From Epiperipatus broadwayi (lineage: Eukaryota > Animalia > Onychophora): 64,000 bases of DNA. Positions 52,432 through 64,000 of the stretch are shown here, piece after piece. Each line of letters opens with the position of its first letter. The first letter of the stretch is position 1. The position numbers were made by a program, and so were the translations under genes. Location of the stretch: the NCBI GenBank assembly GCA_028023455.1, contig JAQFVV010000009.1, forward strand, positions 5,332,001-5,396,000, read 5' to 3'. A model generated the notes under the pieces. It ran no database searches. It worked only from the letters and a program-made list of their open reading frames with translations, and was not told the origin of the DNA.

Positions 52432-54120
52432 GTAAATTCCTTAATTAATTAGAAATCTTACTCCATAAAACAGTAAATAATTATGCAAATAAATTAATTC
52501 AAAAAAATTCTAAATTTGATTATCAATCAGAACCAGTCTTAATTCTAAAGAAATTAATGCTGAAATTAAAAATGCACTTGAATAAATATGAAGCTTGCAC
52601 TAATTTACCTTGTGTTTCTTTGAATATTTTTTAGATAAGATTCCATTAAGGAGAGAAACTTTTTGTTTATATAATGACTAGCAATATTTTGAAAATTCAT
52701 CAAACGGAATTATAAAAATGAAGATATTTTACATTAATACAAATAGAATTAGAGAGATATATTCATTTGAATAACAATACTTTGATTAATTAGTGAAGTC
52801 AGTATTGATAAAAGGAAATTTTCTTTTCCTGACTAAACTGATATAGTAAATAATAAGAAGTTTAATTCCCAGAATGTTAGACTTGTAAATAAATCTACAG
52901 ATCTAGAAAAATATATATATATATATTTATTCCTCATGAAAACTTATATATAAAAAATGGATTTAATTTTATTTGAAAATCTCTCAAAGTAAAACATTGG
53001 TGTAGTTAAAATTATGGAAAACAGCACAATTATAAATGAAGGGAGGAACAATTAATTCCATGTTATATAGATTGTGCCATGATAAAACTAGATTTACAAA
53101 AAATTTGATAAGGCACTGATTTTATAAGAAAATGTTAATTCAGGTAATCAAAAGCAAATTTGAAAAATAATAGCAGTAAATGGCCAAATTATAGAGAAAA
53201 GATCTTAAAAATATCTTTTACTAAATATCAAAGATAAAAAATACAAAATAGTAGCTTTAGTCTTAGCTATGAAAAAATATTTTTCCTGTGAATAGGTTAA
53301 ATTGGTTTCCTCCAATTTTAGCATATATATTTTAAAGTAGTAGTTTTAAAAAAATATTTTCAATAAAAAAAAAAAAAAAAACATTTTGCCAGAGACAATA
53401 CTGTTGAATAAATTTTCATTAAAAAAAATCTATTGACTCTGATACAAGTTTCAAGAAAATACTGTTGTCAAAAGATTTCCCTTCCAAATCAACTCTAAAA
53501 AAAAACAAAAATAAAAAATAAAATATTGCCAAAATACCTACAAATAATAATAATGTTTCTGAATAAGCAAATTGATAAAAAAAAAACCATTGTTAATTAT
53601 TTATCATAAAAACATCTTTAATAATATATTATTTTCTTTCTGCTAAAGCATATGCAACATTAATGTAATTCAATAGGAGTAATAGTTTACATTAATGAGA
53701 ACCATCTTTTGCAAGCTTGAGTACATCATTGGATACTAGATCATAATACTAAATGCACAGGATCCTGGACTAGTTTTTAGCTTTTTTGAGGCCTAAAAGT
53801 TATTAATTCTCAAGATAAAAGAAAAATTATCCCAGAAATTATTTGAGCTTAAATTTGTATCAGAAGAAAATCTGAATTATTCACAAATTTCCAAACATCA
53901 ACATTTTTAATAATAGATTCCACAAATATCCAAGTGAATTAATTCCTTTTCATTAGACTGCACTTTATTGAATACCTAAATGCAATTATCAAAAATAACT
54001 TCAATAATGTCATAGATATAATCTCATTACTTTCTGTACAGATTATTGGCAATAGTCTTTATAATTTTTGAGTTAGGGAAAAAAGAAAATATTGTACCGG
54101 GAAACACCTTTACAATACTA

Positions 54121-54242
54121 AACAATTAAGATTGATTTCTAACTTCTACACGATACATTATTATTTTTATTATATTCCAAAGAACAATTAAGATTGATTT
54201 CTAATTTCTATATAATACATTGTTATTTTTATTATATTCCAA
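54121..54242. repeat. ~62 bp tandem duplication
   Basis: AACAATTAAGATTGATTTCTAA...ATATTCCAA twice. Confidence 0.9.
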
Positions 54243-54959
54243 ATATTATTTTATTATTTAGACCTACTGGTTATTTATTAACAACTATACTTTATTATAT
54301 TTTACTTTATGCGATCTTTTCTTCTTTAATACTTGTGGCAATGGATAGTACATTCAAGCAGAGGGGTAGAATACCATTGATAGATTAACCATCAATGATA
54401 CCTATGGCCAAATTAGGACTACACAAAAGTATAGCCATGACCATATTTCCTGACTAGTAACCATCCATACTGCTGGACCAAAAACCTGCTATCCAAAGCA
54501 CTTTATTTGTTTTGAGAACAAGTCTCAGGTGTCAGCCGGCATGCCTTGACAACAGGCACATGAACCCAGCATTTGAAATATACCCAGACAACTCACACTC
54601 TTGATCAGGGGACCCAGTGCAGTACTAATTACATATGGAAATGTTTATAAGTTTTAAATTACTGATGATGCAGTTAAAAGAGATAGTATAGACCAAATAA
54701 GATTTTAAGCAAACATTTATTTATTCAACATGCACATATATTTAAATAAATCTAACAGTACAATTTAACACAAAAGAATAAATATGTATCATTAATTATT
54801 ATAAAATCAATATTATTGACTGTCCTTCATTATAGTTCCTTTCAATTTAAAAAATATATGTCTAGAGATTTATGACTGAAAAAGTATATTTACTTAGGTT
54901 TATCATGATGTCAAGATGAAACATTTCCATTGTTTTTGATCTCCATTGATGAATTTATG

Positions 54960-55060
54960 GATTTTCTTCCACACCTCTGACGGACAATGAGAGTACCCTG
55001 TGGCAGCATCTATAATATGGATGAGACCTTGATTACAGGTGAGAGCAATTGTTAGAGATG
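54960..55060 (+). mobile_element. Possible pogo/Tigger-like DDE transposase fragment
   Basis: atc tat aat atg gat gag acc = IYNMDET; little flanking support. Confidence 0.4.
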
Positions 55061-56039
55061 AGGACCCAGCACATGAAGCCTAGGCAAACACTCCAAGGTT
55101 CTCTAACAATGCATGTTGCTACTCCTGCAGCTTATACATTTATATTTTCCAAAGAATAGGTGAGCTGGAAAATTCTGCAACTACTGATTGAAACTGGAAA
55201 ACTTGAAATAAAAATTGAACTGAAACAAACTCAAACTGAGACTTCAAGTGAAACTTGGAACAGAGACTCGAGAGAAACTAATGAAACTGGAAACAATAAA
55301 CTGTCCTTTTATTATCTAACTCTCCTATTGTTTATTTTTTTATCATCTTAATTTGGTTTCTTAATTTTACATTTCCTTTTATTATCTAACTCTCCCATTA
55401 TTTATTTTTTAATCATAATCTTAATGTTTTTTTAATTAATTTTAGATCTTATTTATCTTATCTTTTTTTCAGATTAATCTACTATCTTATCGCATTCATG
55501 CTGATGAGATAATTTAAAAGATTTTCTAATTCAATCTATTGTCAGTTTTATTTTTAAACATTTCATATTTATTTATTTTTTTAGTATTTACTTTTTTTTT
55601 CTAAATTTAATTCATAAAAAGAAGAGAGAGCATGTTTTATAATCCTTATCTCACCAGATTCTTTCCCCCGACCCCACTTTTAATAAATAGTTTTATTCTA
55701 AAAGAAATAATGCAATCTTTTATTTTGATTACATTTTTGCAAATCTATTTTTCTTTTCGAACTTTTTTTTCTTTTACTAATTTGTTTATTTTAAATTAAT
55801 AAATATGTAACACAGATATATGAGTTATATAACATATATCATACTAGCATTACAAATATACATATATAATGAAAGATTGGTACAATTATCAACGACCGTA
55901 CACATTTCTGGATGGTGCTGGTGCTAATGAAAAACACGGAAATATAATGTTACCTGGTTGTGACCTTTTAACAAATAACTGACCTTTTTTAAGAAGCAGA
56001 ATGACGAACAAAGTCGTGATCTTTTTTAAGAAGTGATTT

Positions 56040-56500
56040 TTAAGTCAATGGCTGGTCTTTTTTTAAGAACTAAATCCAAAATATCTTTAAAATAAGTATA
56101 TGTGTTTGCTTTTTCTTTTTTGGAGGGGTTTTTTTAATAATGAAAAATACAGTGGCGACATTTTTAAAAAATAAGTAAATGTATTATTTTTTAATAATGA
56201 CAATAACAAAGCCATTATTTAGGAACCTTTTTCCAACTTTTATTCAGGAAAATATCTTTAAAAAATATTTAAGGACTAACTACTTTTAAAATAAGTCAAT
56301 GACTGACGTTTTTAAAGAAGTAAATCCAAAATATCTTTCAAATCAGTAGATGCATTTTTAATTTTTTCGTTTGATTTTAAGGACGAAAAATACAGCCGCC
56401 GCCGTGTTTTTAAAAAATAAATGTATTCTATTTTAATAACAACAAGAACAAAGTCATTATTTAGCACCTTTTAAATATTTTATTCTAGAAAATATATTTA
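56040..56500. repeat. Diverged ~250 bp tandem duplication
   Basis: AAGTCAATG(G/A)CTG..., TAAATCCAAAATATCTTT, GAAAAATACAG and ACAAAG(C/T)CATTATTTAG each occur twice in register. Confidence 0.75.
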
Positions 56501-58239
56501 CAAAATCAATTCCATTTCTTTTATTTAACCAAGGGAAATGTCTTTGTACCCCTCCCCCATTTCCAGAAACCTTATTAAACAAAAAACACATTCATTGATC
56601 TTCTTTTTTAATAATGAAATATTAAACAATGTTCAGTTTCTTGGTCTTTTTTTTTGCAATTCAATAAGTAAATCACAATTTTAGAATCATACACCCCCCC
56701 CAAACCATCCCCCCCCCCATAACATTTTTAACTTCATGTAAGCAATCAAACAACTACAATACTCAATTTGAACATTTTTGGGTGGTCTCATAAAAATATC
56801 GTCACTAGTATGAGTAATTCAGAAGTCGCACTTCTAACAAAACTTTCCCCAATTTTAAAACCTTCCAAAGTCAGTTCACAACCACTGCGATGGTTTTAAA
56901 ATTTGTTGGACTTCATACTACATCCTTTGAATGTAATATAATACTTAATTAAATAACATTACATTGCAAATGTTACGTTGACTTCAAATCTACACACTCT
57001 CAAATTATACGATAGTGCAGGCTCAATAGCGATCACTAGTAGAGTAAGAACAGTGCTCTTGAACTAAATGTGAATTGCGAGAAATGAGCATAATGCACTA
57101 CAGGTCAATACAGGGTGCCTCAGAAATGGTATATTGAACTTTTTGATTGACATCAGTGCCATCCAGCGCCATGTATGATCATTGATACTTGTACCGAAAG
57201 ATCTTGACACTATTATTATTGATGGTAGAATAATATACCCATCAATTTAGTCTAATCTTCAATATTTAACAATCATTTGAAAAGACCTATATTGGAAATT
57301 TTAAAATATTATAATTGAAGTAGAATTTATGCTTGTTTATTGATTTGATTTTATCATAAAGATTGATCTAAAAACAATTTTAAATTCATTCCATATATAT
57401 AATTAGACAGGATAAGTTCCCATGCAATATTGTATATCTGTAGCAGACAGTTTAGCTATGGAAAGTGTTACAAATTAGGACATTGCAATTTTATTGGAAT
57501 TTTGATAAATGTTCAGTGAGCAACTACTTTGATGCCCTAATCATATATGTATAATGCCAAAAAAATTTCCTTGGTGGCAGGTAGTTGTGCATAGCATTCA
57601 AATAATAAGTCACTCCTATAATTAAAAAGCATGAATAATTTAATTAAATTCCTGATTCCACTGATTATCCTGCTAATGATAATGTATCTATTTCTATATA
57701 TTATATGAAAGGTAATGTGAGCATGACTCATAAAAATCAAAAGCAAATAGATTCTATAATGATCATTTCAATGGTCAAAATAATTTTTGCAATTTCCAAG
57801 CATTTTCAACTTGAAAAAATATTTTTCAAAATTCAGCTGATGTTAATAAAGTAAGTCAAGTTTCAACTATTATCAATATCAGTGTTTTTACAAATTCCAC
57901 TGTAAATTAAATTCTCTTCTTCCTCTAAAAAGAGTCAAGCAGAAAAAATAATCTGTGAATGATATAAAATTAAAACCCATGTATTAAAGAAGATTGAAAA
58001 TGCATAACATATCAGATTGATATGTATAACAAACTGATAATATTGATAATAATATTGGCAATAGAATTTATATTTTTATTGACTTACAATGTTCTATAAC
58101 ATCTATTGCTAATTATCATAACTCTCTACAACTCATAAATCTCACAATTTTTTCTATTCCTTTTAAATTTTTTTTGGATGCTCTTTTTTTATTTTTCCTG
58201 GTGATGTCCAGTTTAATATTTATTAAAACAATAGTATTT

Positions 58240-58610
58240 TTTTCCACACACTAGTGTCACCTATTACAAGCTCTTGTAAACAAAAGATACTAGAAGGTTG
58301 ACATCATAATCCCTATTCAATGCTTTTCCCTCTAATATCCCCAGTTTCTAGCTTATTGCTTTCATCAGTGAGAAGCCTTAGATTTGGGAGCCATCACCTG
58401 GATTCAAGGTTCCTCTCTGGTGAAACCATAAGCTAGAAACTAATCTGGTGATATAGAATGGCAATAGGGATTATGGCACACATCATTCTAGAATCTACTT
58501 ATTACTAAAGCTTGCACTAGATGGCACTAATGTGTGGAAAAAAATTGCTACTATTTTTAGCAGCTTATGCAAGCATAAACAAAAGATGATCATGTGATAT
58601 TTTAGTGGTT
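58240..58610. mobile_element. Family A element with two outward-pointing degenerate HHRs (58339-58373 on -, 58412-58450 on +)
   Basis: Minus: TCTCA-CTGATGA-AAGC aataa GCT-A-GAAA-C[deletion]TGGGG; plus: CCTCT-CTGGTGA-AAC cataa GCT-A-GAAA-CTAA-TC-TGGTG; family tail at 58555-58605. Confidence 0.75.
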
Positions 58611-59440
58611 TAATATTGTTTTGCTAATCATTCCTGAGACATTTCTCTGTATATGTCTATACCATTCTCGTTACCTTGTTTTAATTTTATTTATTACATT
58701 GTGTTCAATATTAATTTTTTCTCAAATTTATTGCATATCTATTCTCTCTCCTTAACTTTTCTACAGATCTTCACTAGTAAACCATTTCTTAATCATCAAT
58801 TCTAAATTTTTATATTTTATACAACTGCCAAATTTCAATCCATATATATATATTGTACCGGTCGATATCCTCCCTTACTCTATGGATTCTTTCCATGTGC
58901 ACAAAACTGAACATGAAATAACTGTTGCACATCAGAGAATGGCATCATTATCAATTCAATGATACCCCCCATATTTCATATCTTCAAGTTACCCTATAAT
59001 GGTTGAATGAGAGAGAGATCACACCAAAGCTGGTGCAATTTGCTGATTTCTCTATTGTTAAAATTCTCTTGCCATGCTGATAGATATCCATGCATTGGCT
59101 GCTACTTACCCCTAGAAAAACCGAATTTGAACTTGGTCTTTATGTGCCACTTCCCGAAAGGATATACAACTACCAACGAAACATATAACATAAATGAATA
59201 AAGAAAGTTATCCGCATGACATTAAATTGTTAACCCCCGATAAAGCACTATCCCATGGGCTAAGCTCAGTCATCTCTTTTATTCCAGGTTATTGGTAGAA
59301 TAAGCCACTATCAGAAATATATATGTATTTGAGAAAAAAGAATAAATGAAACGCAAAGATATAAGTTATGAAATGACAAACAAATATTTATTTACCCCAA
59401 GCAACCCATCACAAAGAAAAATACATTCTCTAACCCCCCT

Positions 59441-59572
59441 CCCAGCATTATAATATGAAAAGACGCTTGATAATATTATTCATTTTAGATATGGAACTCT
59501 CTTATCCCCCAGCATTATAATACGAAAAGAAGCTTGATAATATTATTCATTTTAGATATGGAACTCTCTCTT
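59441..59572. repeat. ~66 bp tandem duplication
   Basis: CCCAGCATTATAATA...GATATGGAACTCTCT twice. Confidence 0.9.
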
Positions 59573-60090
59573 ATTTTCATACAAATACCTTTGAATGAAG
59601 TGGTCTGAGTTTCTACCCACATGCACATACTGAAGCATTATATTTATTTATATTATATCAAGAAAATATTATTATACACGTATGTCTAATTATGCATCCT
59701 TTCCAGTATTTACATAACATTTTCTAAGTGTGTACTTGTATAAAATCAACCACATACAGAGACAAAGCAAAACTATAATTTAAATTATTTATTTATGCTA
59801 TATGCATATGTGTGTTATGAGGAATAATAAAATAAAAGAATATACACATGTATCCAGATGCACATCTAGGCATATTAAAGTTAATCTGGAAGGATGGTTT
59901 TTCCTGAAACAATCCTGTGCTTTGCAGATAAACAATTCAAAATACATGTATTATCCCAAAAATTATATATACATCCGGGTCTCATTTTATGCAGATTTTT
60001 TTAATGCGATTTTGAACTTATGCAATGCATGTTTCATCTTAATATCTTTGTATGTGGTTTTCTTTTATGCGATAAAAATTATTAGATCAT

Positions 60091-60189
60091 AAGTCAAGCT
60101 CCGATAATGTGCTATTACTTTAAATATTATAAATTTCATGCACTCACATGTCATATTTAAAGTAATAGTGCATTATCAGAGTTTGACTT
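60091..60189. repeat. ~100 bp hairpin (arms ~36 bp)
   Basis: AAGTCAAGCTCCGATAATGTGCTATTACTTTAAATA / TATTTAAAGTAATAGTGCATTATCAGAGTTTGACTT. Confidence 0.85.
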
Positions 60190-63100
60190 CCATCTAATAA
60201 TTTCAATATTTTCAGTGCTTTATAATAGTACTGTAACAGATTTTATGCAATAAAGAAGTTCATAATTCACTTAAAATCAGGATTACCCCATTTTATATAC
60301 ACACATTAAATTTTACAAGATTATTGTTGAAATGTTATAGATGCCTTATACTATGCATGTTGTTGTTTTTGCATTTTAAATAACATTCTATTTTTGCTTT
60401 TTAAAAAAAGAGTATGTAATCAATTAATCATTTAGTGTCTGCAAGTTTATTTTTAAAAGGTGAATAACAGTGGTGGGCACAATTAAATTTGACAATGAAA
60501 AATTAAAATCTATTTTTAATTGTAATTAACAATTTAAAAATTACATAACATGATCTGAAATTAATGTCATGTGAAGCAATGAAATTTGATTTTTAAAGGG
60601 AATTGAAAATCAAAAAATTAAAGACAAAAATAAGAATTTTATTTTTAATTGTAAGTTTTAATTAAATTTTGCCCAACAATGGGGAGTAGGTGTTTTTTTT
60701 TATTATCATAAGTCTAAGTTCTTATTTTTATTTTAAACTTTTAGTTTACCCTAATGGAGAAAAAAAAAACCACCCAAGAAAATGAATTTCTTCAGAAACA
60801 AAAATTCAATTTTAGATCGCTTAGTGAAATGGGAAAGATCAACAGTGATTGGAAAACATTTTAGTTTGGGTGAGTGTACTATAAGAGCAATTTAAAAAAA
60901 TGAAGTTGGTGCTAGTTATATTTCCTCTTGTGATGAATCTGATGTCTTTCCAGTTCACAAACAAACTTGCATATCATCAAATAGCATTAATGATTAAAAT
61001 ACTGTACATGTATGAAAAAATGTAAAATACTATAAATTACACATAAAAATATATTGTTTTGAATAAAATTAAATACTGTTGTTAATAAAAAAAAAAAGTA
61101 AAAAAAGTTTGTCTTATATCAATTTTTTTCAAATTTGAAATTTTTTATCATTCATATTTTATTTCTTTATTTTTTTGTGTGCAAATTTTAAAGTAATTTT
61201 ACGTTGTTGCTTTTATGCAATTTTTAAAAATTACAATACAAATCCCCCATTTTTCAAAGTAAGTTAAGTCTATTTTTGTGTGATCTCTTTTGTGTATGTT
61301 TTCTGGGAAACTTATCTACCATATAAAATGAGACCCAGGTGTATTAATAAATTTCATTTTATTGATTATTAAAACATACAAACAATATTTAAATAAAAAT
61401 GGTAAATTTTATACCATCCGACATCTTTAGACTTCTCCATCTGGATTTCAGGGTTTCAGCATGTGCTACACAACTGGATAACAGTGTGGCAAGGATTTCA
61501 TAACAAGATGTAAGCATTGAGGTCATCATCAGCTGGAATCAAATGGCTACATGGTGACTGCTTGGAAAGAGCTGGGTGAATGCCTGAAGTGGGCTTCTAA
61601 CCCATAATCATTTTGCTGGCTAATGTAAAGATTTTCATCAACTTTAGGTTTCTACTCAAGGTCTCTATGGCAATGTCAATAAAACCAGCTTATTTGTATA
61701 ATTTATGGGACTTTTATTTGAAGTCAAGCTCAGCTTTATTCTCCTTTTCATATTAATTTCTTTAGTATTGGACTATCAATGTCTTCTTAGATGTGGCTTT
61801 AATGAATGGCCTCAGCAGCTTATAACTAGAAATCATCAGTCAGAGGAGTTCGGCACAGCACCACAATACTTCTGCAACCATGATTTCACTCCATAACAAC
61901 AATAGCAATAATCAACATAATCTTAATAATAAGAATAAACATCCGAATAATAATCATGATAAAAATCTCAGCACCTAATGACCAGCTTATATAGCACACT
62001 CATTACACTATGAATTTGAGTAGATCCCTACAATTATTGCATCAGCAAACTCTACCTTTGTGGCCAATGGATTAGAACAATGCATATAGCTTTTTACACT
62101 TTAATGTTATAATCACTTATTTCCAACTTTTAAAGTTTTATCTTTAATTTTTATCTTTGGTTTTACTCAGCCCACCTTGATTGATTGAGTGAGCTCCATT
62201 TACAATTTTTGATACAAAAAAAGTTATCTTATTTCCCCCCTACAAAAGATCAACTAAAAAAGAAACAAAACAAAAATAAAATCAGAATGTTCACTGCTGA
62301 TCTTGGCATCTCATTGATTCAGGTTGTTTTGTTGTTAAAAGTAAAAATACAAAGCAGGATGACTATTAATACATTAGTAAAATTTAACATTTGGTAAAAT
62401 AATAGCCAACTGACTTTGCTTTAACTTAGCAGAGAAACTATCTGATAACAAACAAAACAAACACATTGGACCATTTACAATTACTTTTAATGATTTTTTA
62501 AAAAAATATGTTCCCACACATGAACAACTTTTAAAATAAAATTGCAAATGTGAAACTATTTGTGACTATTAAAAATAAAACAAAGATATTACTTGCATAT
62601 ATAATATAATTATGATATGCATAAAATTACAAATTATAGCTTTTAATATCTGCTTTATTCTGTGTGTGGGCAAAAATATATACACAGACCATCATCATCC
62701 TATTCACGATATGTTTATATAATTTGTACCTAATTGATTATTGTTATAATGGTGATAAATATAGCTCTAAACTAACACACTAATATTTGATTATAATGAA
62801 TTGTAGCTTTAGCTACACTCCCTTGTGCATGGCCATTCCAAGAGTGCCCATCACAATACCACCCTCCAATGAGATGTATTCATTAACTATATTTTAACTA
62901 AAACAAAAAATGTGCATATATGTTTAAACTTCTCCCCTCTGCCATAATCATTGGAGTGTGGCTGACATGATGCCCAACTGCAGAGATACAACCCCTCCAT
63001 CCCCCAAGCATTGATATGCCAGGCCATGACCATATCATTTTCCCAACCCCTGAGCTAGAAACAATGAGACAGTGCACTGGCCTAAAGATCCCTACTTCAT

Positions 63101-63299
63101 CTAGAATCCTATGACAACTATGGAAAGTACTTAAAAATATGAATGCATCCATGCTCCTTCACTTGGAGGCTTGCAGGATCTTTTGCATTGGAATAAGGCT
63201 TTTTCTTAACCATTATGCACCATGCTAGCTTGCTTTCCTGTAATGTGTGCTTTACAAAGTAACTGTCTCAGAGAAATTTTTTCATCTCTGCCTATTAAG

Positions 63300-63900
63300 G
63301 GAAAATAAATCCATGCATCTTTTGGTGTGGTTCTATAGCATTGATGTTGGCAGTGAGTAGTTTAATTTTAAAGGGTAGTGAGTAATATCTGATCAATCTT
63401 AAAGGGCAGATTATAGTGGATTATCCTCACAATCTGACCCTCTAACATGTGGCATGCATTTAACATTCTGGTTTCGGCCACCTGTCTTCTAAAGAACTTG
63501 GAAGCATCACTTGGGGCAGGATAGTCTCCTGGCACTCTACTCCAGAAATTTCTTAACAGAGCTCTGTAGTCCTCAAATGTTGCAGGATGGTGAAATAAGG
63601 ATTACCACCATGATTGCATCCCCTTGGAAGTGACTGCATGTGATGGCCAGCTTACTTGATTCTGGCATCTGATTTATTTGGAAATACTTTCCCAGGCAGT
63701 TCAAATGTTCTATGGGAGACTCCCTAGTTTGTTCCTGGAATACTCTGATTTTTAGGAACTGCTTTACATTAGACTGAGGGGGCCTGTCCTTCCCTATTTC
63801 TATTCTATTCTCCCACAAACTGCCCATGACTATTTGTTGTACATCATGATCACTCTGCCCTGACTCATCTCACAAACAGAATTCCTAACTTCATGTTCCT
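63300..63900 (-). mobile_element. Probable Ty3/Gypsy gag remnant
   Basis: ORF 63573-63827: FQEQTRESPIEHLNCLGKYFQINQMPESSKLAITCSHFQGDAI resembles the retrotransposon gag P..FL..L..YF...K...L.G.A pattern. Confidence 0.5.
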
Positions 63901-64000
63901 CAATTCCTTTTACTTGATTTTACCCCCCCCCTACTGCTTTCTCATTCCTCATTATACTAAGGTCCTTGACATTTTCTCCTAATTCATTTATGCTTTATGG

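Noticed and set aside
54660-54700. HHR-like ACTGATGATGCAGTT
   Set aside because: No complementary stem II strand or GAAA.
57106-57140. Tc1/mariner TIR (TACAGGGTGCC...)
   Set aside because: No partner TIR or transposase found.
59108-59175. Possible minus-strand exon ending at GG/GTAAGT (VYPFGKWHIKTKFKFGFSR)
   Set aside because: A single consensus-like donor with no recognisable homology or partner exons.
52247-59572. Short tandem duplications as a CRISPR-like array
   Set aside because: Two-copy local duplications without spacers in eukaryotic DNA; no cas genes.
61500-61540. HHR-like CTGATGATGACC on the minus strand
   Set aside because: No paired stem II or GAAA follows.

Overview
Very AT-rich, strongly CpG-depleted eukaryotic DNA that looks metazoan, possibly arthropod (inference from composition and transposon content). 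I recognise no intact host gene, rRNA, genuine tRNA gene or CRISPR array. The window is mostly decayed transposons: RTE-like and L1/Tx1-like LINEs, several Ty3/Gypsy remnants, an LTR-PBS-0.5 kb-LTR non-autonomous element with ~2 kb LTRs, hAT and pogo-like fragments, and many Penelope-like element (PLE) derivatives. The best-preserved element is a near-intact RT + GIY-YIG PLE at 35.4-37.6 kb in inverted terminal repeats. The most notable signal is non-coding. At least four (possibly five) repeat families carry minimal type I hammerhead ribozyme (HHR) motifs with palindromic stem III, mostly in outward-pointing inverted pairs. One family has a compensated A3:U8 core and another copy a U3:A8 core. 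One PLE family carries a tRNA-derived A-box/B-box cassette directly upstream of its HHR. All alignments, folds and translations were done by eye; element boundaries are approximate.
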